From an uncultured delta proteobacterium (GTDB taxonomy: Bacteria > Desulfobacterota > Binatia > UBA9968), in the NCBI GenBank assembly GCA_963840855.1, contig CAWJBB010000084.1, forward strand, positions 13,020 to 77,019: DNA of 64,000 nt, in the 5' to 3' direction. A program made the translations under genes and the position numbers. Under the pieces are notes generated by a model that was not told the origin of the DNA, searched no databases, and saw nothing but the letters and a program-made list of their open reading frames with translations. How positions within the stretch are numbered: the stretch's first letter is position 1; the number at the start of each line of letters is the position of its first letter. Below are positions 1-11,140 of this stretch, piece after piece.

Positions 1-690
1 CGATGCCGACGGCGGTTGGTGCAGTTCGGACAATGCCGCCGATATGGGTAGCAGGCCCTGGCGTTCACTGGTGGCCAGCGGCAAAAGACTCGGCAAGCAG
101 GGTCCATAATCAGCCAGCGCGAGAGCGATCCATTTTCGCAGTAAAGACAAAGAGACACCGGCGGGATGCAAATACACGGGCAGGATTCTTTCCAGCTCGC
201 CGGCGCCGTCTTCATCCAGAACATCGAATTCCGGGTGAACGATGCGCTTTCCGCCGCGGGAATCAGATTCAACCTTACCGTGGACTAAAAGCCGCGCACC
301 TTCGGGCAAACGCCCGACGAGATAACCCGGCGCGCGGTACCAAAAGAGGCTTAGAACACCGGTTTCGTCGCTTAACATCGCGCTAAGCATTTGCCCGCGC
401 CGGCGCGGATTAAAGTGTTTTTTTAGTTTCGAAAGCCGCCCGATACAGGTCAAAAGGGCGCCGGGCACCGCGTCACGAATTCCTTTGATGCCGCGCCGGT
501 CTTCATAGCGAAACGGAAGATGATAAAGGAGATCTTCGACCGTGGTGAGACCGATGCCCTCGAGTTCCGCGGCGCGTTTCGGGCCAATGCCTTTAAGAAA
601 ACTGAGCGGTTGCTCCAGCGCGCGCAGGCACTGGCTTAAGGATTGAACTTCCCCAGGAGGCGGCCTAGCAGGCTGCTGCGAAATAGCCAT
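1..690 (-). CDS. recG: ATP-dependent DNA helicase RecG, N-terminal part (runs off the left edge)
   Basis: Manual translation from ATG at 690 gives ...FLKGIGPKRAAELEGIGLTTVEDLLYHLPFRYEDRR...LLVHGKV...IVHPEFDVL...ILPVY, the RecG wedge-domain motifs. Not in the ORF track because it has no stop in the window. Confidence 0.9.
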   Translation of the reverse strand, partial: MAISQQPARPPPGEVQSLSQCLRALEQPLSFLKGIGPKRAAELEGIGLTTVEDLLYHLPFRYEDRRGIKGIRDAVPGALLTCIGRLSKLKKHFNPRRRGQMLSAMLSDETGVLSLFWYRAPGYLVGRLPEGARLLVHGKVESDSRGGKRIVHPEFDVLDEDGAGELERILPVYLHPAGVSLSLLRKWIALALADYGPCLPSLLPLATSERQGLLPISAALSELHQPPSAS

Positions 691-711
691 GAAGTTGATT
701 GCAGTCAACCG

Positions 712-823
712 CTTCAAATAACAGTTCAAGCCGTTCAACGCTGCGCTCCGTTCAAACCGTTCAAATCGTATTCGGAGGTTGTTAACGGTTTGAACGTTTT
801 GAACGTCTGGAACGATTGGAACG
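712..823. repeat. 9-mer tandem array (CCGTTCAAA-like) followed by an inverted array (TTTGAACG-like), forming an imperfect hairpin
   Basis: Read directly: acagttcaa gccgttcaa ... ccgttcaaa ccgttcaaa ... ggtttgaac gttttgaac gtctggaac gattggaac, between carB and recG. Confidence 0.85.
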
Positions 824-834
824 CGCGCAAGCGT

Positions 835-4074
<3,240 letters not shown>

Positions 4075-4078
4075 TGAA

Positions 4079-5245
4079 TCATTGGCCTCGAAATTTTGCC
4101 ATGAGGTCGATGAAGCGACTAAATAGATAATGGGCGTCGTGCGGTCCGGGCGATGATTCCGGATGATATTGCACGGAGAAGATCGGCAATTCTCTGTGCG
4201 CTAACCCCTCCACCGTATTGTCGTTCAAATTCAGATGAGTGATTTCCACCGCGCCCTTGAGGGAGTCCGCGTCCACGGCAAAACCGTGATTCTGAGCCGT
4301 GATTTCGACTTTTCTCGTGGTCACATCCATCACCGGCTGGTTGCCGCCGTGATGACCGAATTTCAGTTTGTAGGTCTTGCCGCCCAAGGCCAGACCCATG
4401 ATCTGGTGCCCGAGGCAGATACCGAAGATCGGTTTCTTGCCGATGAGCTTTTGCACGTTTTCCCTGGCGTAGGGAACCGCGTCGGGATCGCCGGGACCGT
4501 TGGAAAGGAAAATGCCGTCGGGATTCATGGCCAAGACATCTGCCGCTGAAGTGTCCGCCGGAACAACTCTCACTTGGCATCCCGACTCGGCGAGGTTGCG
4601 CAGAATGTTGTACTTGATGCCAAAGTCGTAGGCGACCACGGAAAAGCCGGGAGATTGAAAGCTGGCCACCTTTTTGCCCCGCCGGGGGTTCTTCGCAGCC
4701 TGCCGCTTCTTGTAGCCTTCGCCCAATTCCCAATCGCCTTCGTCCCAATCGTAGGGCGCTGCGCAGGTCACATTTTTCACTAAATCCCGCCCGACCAGTC
4801 CCGGCGAAGCCTTAGCCTTGGCGATGGTATCGGCCGGGTTGGCGTCCGCCGTGGTAATGATCCCCTCCTGAGAACCCTGATCGCGCAAGTGGCGCACCAG
4901 CGACCGGGTATCGATTCCCTGAATGCCCACGATGCCGTGCTGCTCCATGTATTCATGCAGCGGTTTTGCGGCGCGCCAGTTGCTCGGCCTCGCCGTGTAG
5001 TCCTTGACGATAAATCCCTTGGTGTAAGGTCTTCTCGACTCGACATCTTCGAGGTTTACGCCGACGTTGCCGATCTGTGGATAGGTCATGGCAACGAGCT
5101 GGCCCTCATAGGATGGGTCGGTGAGAATCTCCTGGTAGCCGGTCATGCTGGTGTTGAATACCACCTCACCCGCCGCTTCGCCTGCCGCTCCGAAGGAGAG
5201 CCCTTCGAAATAGCGTCCGTCCGCCAATGCCAAGATCGCTTTCAT
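4079..5245 (-). CDS. carA: Carbamoyl-phosphate synthase small subunit
   Basis: [30 protein letters not shown] and SVQYHPE glutamine-amidotransferase motifs. Confidence 0.99.
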   Translation of the reverse strand: MKAILALADGRYFEGLSFGAAGEAAGEVVFNTSMTGYQEILTDPSYEGQLVAMTYPQIGNVGVNLEDVESRRPYTKGFIVKDYTARPSNWRAAKPLHEYMEQHGIVGIQGIDTRSLVRHLRDQGSQEGIITTADANPADTIAKAKASPGLVGRDLVKNVTCAAPYDWDEGDWELGEGYKKRQAAKNPRRGKKVASFQSPGFSVVAYDFGIKYNILRNLAESGCQVRVVPADTSAADVLAMNPDGIFLSNGPGDPDAVPYARENVQKLIGKKPIFGICLGHQIMGLALGGKTYKLKFGHHGGNQPVMDVTTRKVEITAQNHGFAVDADSLKGAVEITHLNLNDNTVEGLAHRELPIFSVQYHPESSPGPHDAHYLFSRFIDLMAKFRGQ

Positions 5246-5266
5246 CTATTGCTTGCTATCCTTCCG

Positions 5267-7216
5267 TCATTTGGTCGGCGCCGCCGCGTTTTGCGGCCGC
5301 GGCCGCGTCGCACCGTCGCTTAGATTGATGATCGAATAGATCACCGCTTCATCTTTTTCACCCTGCTCCGTCGCTCGCAGTTTAACGCGCACCCGTTCCC
5401 GCTCCGAACTCGGAATGTGTTTGCCGACGAAATTGGGCTTCACCGGAACCTCCCTATGGCCCCGGTCGATCAGAACCGCCAGGCGCACCATTTTGGGACG
5501 GCCGGATCGGAAAATAATGCTCAGAGCGTCTTTGATCGTTCTGCCCGTATAAATGACATCGTCTACGAGCACGATCTCGCGGTCCCTAAGATTAAGCGGC
5601 CCGGCGTCGGTAGCGATGGGGGAAATCCGGCGAATTTCGTCATCGGCGCCGTAGATGTCAATCTCGCCGACCTCGTATTTTCGCTTGTTTTGCTTTTCCA
5701 GTTCCGCCGCGACGCGACGCGCCAGAACGGAACCTTGGGTGCGGATACCGAGAAGTAGCAGCCTGTCTGGGTCCTGGCATTCTTTGAGAATTTCCCGGCT
5801 CATCGACTGGACGGCCCCTTGGATCTCATCGTCGTTCATAATCATTCGCTGTCCGCGGCTCTTGTATGGCTCATAGCCGAGCTCTTCCGCCTCTTTGATC
5901 GAATCGAAGATCGCCAACTCATTTTTCTCGAGCCAGTCGCCAATCGTCGCCCGGAGCGAAATATCGTAGGCACAGTAGCGTTTGGACTTCACATGGCCCA
6001 CCAGTTGCACTTTGAACCGGTGATCGCAATAGACACAGCTGAGAATCAGCGCTCCGCCGGGCCCGCCGGAGAGCAGAGCGAATCGGCGCTGCGTCGAGCC
6101 GGCTTCGGTGACGGTCACACAATTGCTATTGACGCAGTGGGGGCCAAGGGACTCCGGGCTTTCATACAAAAAGACTTTATGTACCGCCGGCCCGGCTTTG
6201 TCCTCGGCGCGGTCAAACAAAAACTTTAACAGCGCCATGCGCACCGGCACGCCGTAGGCCGCCTGCTTAAAATAAATGCCGCGCTTGTCGCGGTCCAGTT
6301 CCGGCGATAGCTCATCGACCCGCGGCAGTGGATGCATGACCACGGTGTCCTTAAAGCGCTTTTCCCTGAGAAAGCGGTCTCCGATGGTCGGATAGCTGCC
6401 AGCGCCGGCGCCTTCTTTGATCCGCTCCTTCTGCTTGCGCGTCATATAAAAAGCGTCGTAGCGTAGGCCGGATGCCATTGCGCTGATGCGCGTCTGGATC
6501 GAGGCATCCAACTGCGTAAAGAGCGCCAACTGGTGCGGCTGTTGCGGCGTGAGATAGAGCGCGTCGGTTTCCGTAACCACGGCGCCTAAATCACCGGCGG
6601 CCAACCGGCTCAAGTTGTAGCCGTAATCCAGCTCCAAGCGTTCCAAGACATACTGCGGAAGTTCCATGCCGGCGGCAGCCAGGGTCACGACGTTGGCGCC
6701 AAAACGCGCCAGGGCGTAAACCAGAGAGTGAATCGTCCGGCCATTCTTGAGGTCGCCGCAAACTACCACGGTCAATCCTTTTAGCTCGCCCTTCTCCTTG
6801 CGCAAAGTATAAAGATCGCACAGTGTCTGCGTCGGATGCTCATGGCGGCCGTCGCCGGCGTTGATCACCGGTACATCAGCATGCTCGGCCATGGCGCGAA
6901 CCGCGCCGTCCCAGTGATGGCGCACGACCAGAACATCCGAATAGCTGGAAACCACCTTGGCCGTGTCGGCAAGGCTTTCTCCTTTGGCCGCCGACGACGC
7001 GCGCATGTCAGCGCAACTGATCACCTCGCCGCCCAGACGATGCATCGACGACTCGAAAGAAAGACGAGTGCGCGTGCTGGGCTCGTAAAAAAGCGTCGCC
7101 ATAATCCGGTCGCCTGCCGACTTTTCCTTCCGTAACTTATCCGCGTCATCCGCCAACGCGAAGATTTCTTCGATCTCCGCGTTGGTCAAATCGGCGATGG
7201 AAATCAGGTTGCGCAT
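5267..7216 (-). CDS. pyrB: Aspartate carbamoyltransferase fused to a PyrI-type Zn domain, an Ada-like module and a C-terminal PyrR/PRTase-like domain
   Basis: FYEPSTRTRLSFE, HPTQTLCDL, GDLKNGRTIHSL, MHPLPR (ATCase); CVNSNC...CVYC (PyrI Zn site); VLVDDVIYTGRT and LIDRGHREVP (PyrR/UPRTase), all in one uninterrupted 649-aa ORF. Confidence 0.92.
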   Translation of the reverse strand: MRNLISIADLTNAEIEEIFALADDADKLRKEKSAGDRIMATLFYEPSTRTRLSFESSMHRLGGEVISCADMRASSAAKGESLADTAKVVSSYSDVLVVRHHWDGAVRAMAEHADVPVINAGDGRHEHPTQTLCDLYTLRKEKGELKGLTVVVCGDLKNGRTIHSLVYALARFGANVVTLAAAGMELPQYVLERLELDYGYNLSRLAAGDLGAVVTETDALYLTPQQPHQLALFTQLDASIQTRISAMASGLRYDAFYMTRKQKERIKEGAGAGSYPTIGDRFLREKRFKDTVVMHPLPRVDELSPELDRDKRGIYFKQAAYGVPVRMALLKFLFDRAEDKAGPAVHKVFLYESPESLGPHCVNSNCVTVTEAGSTQRRFALLSGGPGGALILSCVYCDHRFKVQLVGHVKSKRYCAYDISLRATIGDWLEKNELAIFDSIKEAEELGYEPYKSRGQRMIMNDDEIQGAVQSMSREILKECQDPDRLLLLGIRTQGSVLARRVAAELEKQNKRKYEVGEIDIYGADDEIRRISPIATDAGPLNLRDREIVLVDDVIYTGRTIKDALSIIFRSGRPKMVRLAVLIDRGHREVPVKPNFVGKHIPSSERERVRVKLRATEQGEKDEAVIYSIINLSDGATRPRPQNAAAPTK

Positions 7217-7238
7217 GATCCACGCAGCTCCAGAATTC

Positions 7239-7796
7239 TCACAGCGCGCCGCGGCCTTGCCAGCGGGTGATCGTGATCTGATCGATTCCGTCGGACTCTT
7301 CCAGCATCACGTTCACTCGGTTGCCTTCGCCCGCTTCCACATTCTTTCCAACGATATCGGCACGAATAGGCAATTCCCGCGATCCGCGGTCGACGAGTAC
7401 CGCGACCAAAATTCTTTTCGGCTGCCCGAATTGCGCCACCGCATCCATCGCCGCGCGAATCGTCCGGCCACGAAAAATCACGTCGTCGACTAACACCACG
7501 GTTTTATCGTCCACCGCCACCGGCACTTCAAACGCGCCCACCGTAGCCGATCCCGGTTCCTGCGCGCGGTCATCACGGTACGGCGTGACGTCAAGAACGC
7601 CGACCGGCGTTACGACTCCGGTGATTTCCTCGACCTTGCGCGCGATGCGGCGCGCCACATGCACTCCCCTCGAGCGAATCCCGATGAGAACCAAACCAGC
7701 CGCATCGTTGCTCTGTTCAATGACCTCATGGCCCATGCGATTGATGGCGCGCGCCAATTCGTCGGCTTCGAAAAGGACTTGCTTTTCTTGCATCAT
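7239..7796 (-). CDS. pyrR: Pyrimidine operon regulatory protein PyrR
   Basis: RAINRMGHE, LDVTPYRDD, VLVDDVIFRGRT, VLVDRGSRELPIRAD; first gene of the pyr-car operon. Confidence 0.93.
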   Translation of the reverse strand: MMQEKQVLFEADELARAINRMGHEVIEQSNDAAGLVLIGIRSRGVHVARRIARKVEEITGVVTPVGVLDVTPYRDDRAQEPGSATVGAFEVPVAVDDKTVVLVDDVIFRGRTIRAAMDAVAQFGQPKRILVAVLVDRGSRELPIRADIVGKNVEAGEGNRVNVMLEESDGIDQITITRWQGRGAL

Positions 7797-7799
7797 GGC

Positions 7800-7830
7800 A
7801 AAAAAAAACCCCTCGGTTCACCGAGGGGTC
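7800..7830 (-). terminator. Intrinsic terminator (attenuator) immediately upstream of pyrR
   Basis: Minus strand ACCCCTCGG-TGAA-CCGAGGGGT followed by a long U run, ending 3 nt before the pyrR ATG. Confidence 0.88.
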
Positions 7831-7867
7831 AAACGATAGTATGCGAAATGGTTCCTAAGCTATTCAT
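7829..7867 (-). CDS. Putative 12-aa pyr leader peptide (MNSLGTISHTIV)
   Basis: ATG AAT AGC TTA GGA ACC ATT TCG CAT ACT ATC GTT TGA, preceded by GGGAAAGG inside the 3' arm of the PyrR loop. The stop codon overlaps the 5' base of the terminator stem. Translation is inferred. Confidence 0.55.
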   Translation of the reverse strand: MNSLGTISHTIV

Positions 7868-7871
7868 GGCG

Positions 7872-7904
7872 CCTTTCCCAGCCTCGCGGGACCGGATTAA
7901 AAGG
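7872..7904 (-). promoter_or_regulatory. PyrR-binding RNA stem-loop
   Basis: Minus strand CCTTTTAATCCGGTCCCGCGAGGCTGGGAAAGG matches the known PyrR binding-loop pattern (UUUAA...RGUCC-nGnGAGGCU...AAAGG) upstream of pyrR. Confidence 0.88.
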
Positions 7905-8029
7905 AAGACACGGTTTATTTAGCTATCATGACGCAAGCCGTCGGCTGCGTCAGCCCACAGAAACAATGGTACTGTAATATGATTTCCACGGTATATTCAA
8001 GATAGCGGCGAAAGATTTCGCGGAAAATT

Positions 8030-8491
8030 CTATTCGCGGATCTGCACAATGATTTCGGTTTCCACCGGCGCGTCCTGACTGAGCGACGCCACGCCGACCG
8101 CGGCGCGGGTATGTTGCCCCTTTTCGCCCCAGACTGAAACGAGCAAGTCGGACTCGCCGTTGACGACTTTAGGCATGTCGGTAAATCCCGGAGCGACGTT
8201 CACGTAGCCCAGCACCTTGACAATGCGCTCTACTTTGTCGAGATCGCCAAGCGCCGCTTTCATGGTCGCGAGATGATTGAGCGCGCAATCGCGCGCCGCG
8301 TCATAGGCCTGTTCCAGGGTGACCGTGCCGCCGACCTTGCCGCGGTATTTGAGCACGCCATTGATGCGGCCGATATTGCCGCCGATAAACAACAGATTGC
8401 CGACCCGGACAAAGCCGATGTAATTCGCGGCGGGGGTCGGCGGATCGGGCAACTCGATCCCCATCGTGTTGAGCTTTTTCTCTATTTCCAT
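8030..8491 (-). CDS. RidA/YjgF/UK114 family protein (Rid1-like)
   Basis: PTPAANY, RIVKVLGYVN, PKVVNGESDLL, GQHTRAAVGVASL motifs. Confidence 0.88.
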   Translation of the reverse strand: MEIEKKLNTMGIELPDPPTPAANYIGFVRVGNLLFIGGNIGRINGVLKYRGKVGGTVTLEQAYDAARDCALNHLATMKAALGDLDKVERIVKVLGYVNVAPGFTDMPKVVNGESDLLVSVWGEKGQHTRAAVGVASLSQDAPVETEIIVQIRE

Positions 8492-8589
8492 TTCCCCTCC
8501 CGGAGAATTGTTTAGACTACCAGCGAACCATAAATGCGAGTAATTATCTAGCCGCCCAGCGCGCGATCTGCTTCATGAATTGGGCTCCA

Positions 8590-8630
8590 AACGTTTGAAA
8601 CGATTGGAACTACTGGAACGATTGGAACGA
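8590..8630. repeat. 9-mer tandem repeat (CGATTGGAA-like), same family as 712-823
   Basis: acgtttgaa acgattgga actactgga acgattgga acg. Confidence 0.7.
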
Positions 8631-8642
8631 CCCCTCGTTAAA

Positions 8643-8670
8643 GTAAACTTTTTATTCCCTGTGTCGTCTA
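8643..8670 (+). promoter_or_regulatory. Putative ECF-sigma promoter
   Basis: GTAAAC-N16-CGTCTA upstream of the Spy/CpxP-like gene; matches the AAC/CGT ECF consensus. Confidence 0.6.
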
Positions 8671-8707
8671 ATTGAACAAAACCAACCCATAAGGAGGGGG
8701 GGATTAT

Positions 8708-9211
8708 ATGAACAAAGTGAAGGCATGGTTCTTGGGCGGCGCAGTCTTAGCATCGGCGGCTATTGCGGTTCCGATGTTGTTGCACGCCGATGGCGACGGT
8801 CAGGGGCGATTTGGCCGGAGGCCGGGTGCGCACCAGCTGTTTGCCGGCGGCGCGCCGATTATCAGCGTCGCGCTCAAGCATCAAAGCGAACTGAAGCTGA
8901 CTGCGGATCAGGTAGCGAACCTGGAAAAGACCAGGACCCATTATCAGAGCCAGATCGAGCCGCTCCACCAGCAGCTCAGGACGGGGGAAGGCGAAATCGC
9001 CAAACTGATGCAGGAGACGCCGGCGAATCTCGTCCAGCTAAAGATAAAGATTCAGGAAACCGAAAAACTCCGCTCCGAGCTTCGCTATCTGAGAGTCGAG
9101 GCGCTTGAGAATGGCAAATCCATCCTGACCAACGACCAGCGCGAGCAGTTGAAAAACATGTTCGCTTCCCAGCGCAGTCGACGTCACAGAAATCACGGAC
9201 AGCCGTCATAG
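8708..9211 (+). CDS. Periplasmic Spy/CpxP (LTXXQ) family protein
   Basis: Signal peptide, ELKLTADQ and ILTNDQREQL LTXXQ motifs, strong RBS AAGGAGG. Confidence 0.85.
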   Translation: MNKVKAWFLGGAVLASAAIAVPMLLHADGDGQGRFGRRPGAHQLFAGGAPIISVALKHQSELKLTADQVANLEKTRTHYQSQIEPLHQQLRTGEGEIAKLMQETPANLVQLKIKIQETEKLRSELRYLRVEALENGKSILTNDQREQLKNMFASQRSRRHRNHGQPS

Positions 9212-9234
9212 CATCGCGCCATTAGACACAGCGC

Positions 9235-9275
9235 GAAAGGCCCGGCTCCTTCGAGCCCGGGCCTTTCTGTTATAT
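9235..9275 (+). terminator. Putative intrinsic terminator
   Basis: GAAAGGCCCGG...CCGGGCCTTTC hairpin followed by a T-rich tail after the Spy-like gene. Confidence 0.65.
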
Positions 9276-9410
9276 TGAATGATTGCCGGTCGATCCTCGC
9301 GAGCCCGCCTCCTGTTACTGAAACGAAAAATCTCAGCCCTTGCGCAACCGATCGCAAACGAATAGCTTGCTTTTTGCTCGCAAATCAAACCCAGGGGAGT
9401 TACTCCGATT

Positions 9411-10409
9411 ATGGCTCAAGCGGAATTGATCGTTGACGTACATCATCATTACATGCCGGCGGCACTCTTCGACCGGCTGGCGGCCCAGGCGGGCGGCAAA
9501 CGCATCGTTACCAAGGAAATCAGTCTGACGCTCCATCCTTCGCGCAAGGATTTGGCGGCGCATATCAGCACCATGGACGAGGCCGGCGTAACCGTCTCGA
9601 TTCTCACCGATCAGGTGCAAGTCATGGGAGCAGAGGTCGCCAAAGCGCTAAACGACGGCGTCGCCGAGGTCGAACATAAGCATCCCACGCGGTTTCGTAG
9701 CGCGATTCACTTGCCGATTCACGAGCCGGATGCGGCGAAGCGCGAGCTGGAACGGGGAATCAACGAGCTCGGACTGCGCGCCGTCGCGCTGCTCGCGTGC
9801 CATCTGGAAATACAGCTTGACAACCCGGTCATGTTTCCGCTCTATGAAATCATTCAGAAAAACAATCTGCCGATCATCATTCATCCGCAGTCGAAGCCCA
9901 CGGGTTCGGAAACCACGTACAATTTAGATCGCTGCGTTTTTCGTCCCCTTGAAACGACGCAGGCAATCGTGCGCGTAATGAATGCGGTTTTGCCCCGTTT
10001 TCCTGAGCTGCGTTTCATCATGCCGCATTTGGGCGGCGCGACTTCCTCCCTGAAGGGGCGCATGATGGCTTTCTTTGAGACCGAAGACGCCGATATCCCT
10101 CCCGACATGAAAGGTTATCTAAAAACTCAATCGGAACAAAAGAAATTCGGCTTGACGGAGCGGTTCGAGAAACTTTTCAAGCGGCTCTACTTCGACACCG
10201 CCGGCACGGGCGCTTGGCTCCCGGCGATGGCAGCGGCCTTGAACATCACAGCGCCGGACCGCATCATGTTCGGGAGTGACTATCCGTTGGAATGCAAAAC
10301 GGCGGCAAATCTCACTGAGTCCCTGGAGATGATCCGGCAGGCACCCTGTTCCGCCCAGGAGAAAACCGCCATGCTAGGAAAAACCGCGGGGGAGTTGTTC
10401 AGTTTGTAA
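9411..10409 (+). CDS. Amidohydrolase_2 family protein (ACMSD/decarboxylase-like)
   Basis: VDVHHHY, IIIHP, MPHLGG, LYFDTA, IMFGSDYP. Confidence 0.88.
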   Translation: MAQAELIVDVHHHYMPAALFDRLAAQAGGKRIVTKEISLTLHPSRKDLAAHISTMDEAGVTVSILTDQVQVMGAEVAKALNDGVAEVEHKHPTRFRSAIHLPIHEPDAAKRELERGINELGLRAVALLACHLEIQLDNPVMFPLYEIIQKNNLPIIIHPQSKPTGSETTYNLDRCVFRPLETTQAIVRVMNAVLPRFPELRFIMPHLGGATSSLKGRMMAFFETEDADIPPDMKGYLKTQSEQKKFGLTERFEKLFKRLYFDTAGTGAWLPAMAAALNITAPDRIMFGSDYPLECKTAANLTESLEMIRQAPCSAQEKTAMLGKTAGELFSL

Positions 10410-10571
10410 GAGCAAGTTATTGAATGGAGCAAAATCGAATCTATGTTCCAGCGCTTCGGGAATGCTGGAAGGCCGAACCATCCGAGGCACGGGTGGCGGG
10501 GTTGAGCGGCAAAGAGACCTATTGAAAGTCTCATAGTCCCTTGCCTCCGGAAATAATCCCAGGCAATCGGT

Positions 10572-11135
10572 TCACGAGAGAGCTTGGCAACGGCTTAACG
10601 CAGCTAAAGATATTTCCACGAGCTTGTTCGGCTCCTTGTCGAACAGGACGACCCCACGGGTCGGTTTCTTGCAAAAACCGATGATTTCCCGGATATGGTC
10701 CGCAATCCCGCCGCTGCCTTCAAGGACGCCGATGATTTTCCCTTCGTCGTACGCAATCGTAAATTCGTTCAATGTACCGGTGGCGCCGCCGAAGATAATC
10801 ACGACGTCGGCGGAGCGGACGTTGATGACATTGCGGCCCTTGTAGCCGAAGCCGGTATAAATAATTACATCGGCGCCGTCCTCGGGCAATCCTAATCGAC
10901 GATGCTCCGTTAAATCGGCCGCCGGCGAAACGCCCACCGCAAAGCCGCCCCCTGCGCGAAACGCTTTTGCCACCAAGTCCGGCAGCCCGGTTGTGGCGCC
11001 TGTGACCAGGACGCATTCTTCGCGTGCGAGTACCGATCCCAGTTCCTCGGCGAGTTTTTTGACCCGCTGTGCTTCCGATTGGGTCAGGGCATCGTTGGCG
11101 GAAGCGCCCATGACGCCGACAACCGGCTTGCGCAT
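10572..11135 (-). CDS. SLOG/LOG-family Rossmann-fold protein (TIGR00725-like)
   Basis: Start re-called at MRKPVVGVMG; TGATTGLP, YTGFGYKGRNVINVRSAD, GGATGTLNEF. Confidence 0.8.
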   Translation of the reverse strand: MRKPVVGVMGASANDALTQSEAQRVKKLAEELGSVLAREECVLVTGATTGLPDLVAKAFRAGGGFAVGVSPAADLTEHRRLGLPEDGADVIIYTGFGYKGRNVINVRSADVVIIFGGATGTLNEFTIAYDEGKIIGVLEGSGGIADHIREIIGFCKKPTRGVVLFDKEPNKLVEISLAALSRCQALS

Positions 11136-11140
11136 GAGGA

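Noticed and set aside
712-823. GTTCAA arrays as a CRISPR array
   Set aside because: Units are 7-9 nt with no unique 25-40 nt spacers, and there are no cas genes in the window.
8030-8491. Rid-family gene as part of the pyr system
   Set aside because: It is separated from the pyr leader by a promoter-like spacer, and adjacency alone gives no functional evidence.
10280-10534. Small ORF MRLSIGLFAA... as a real gene
   Set aside because: It overlaps the amidohydrolase antisense for half its length and has no recognisable features.
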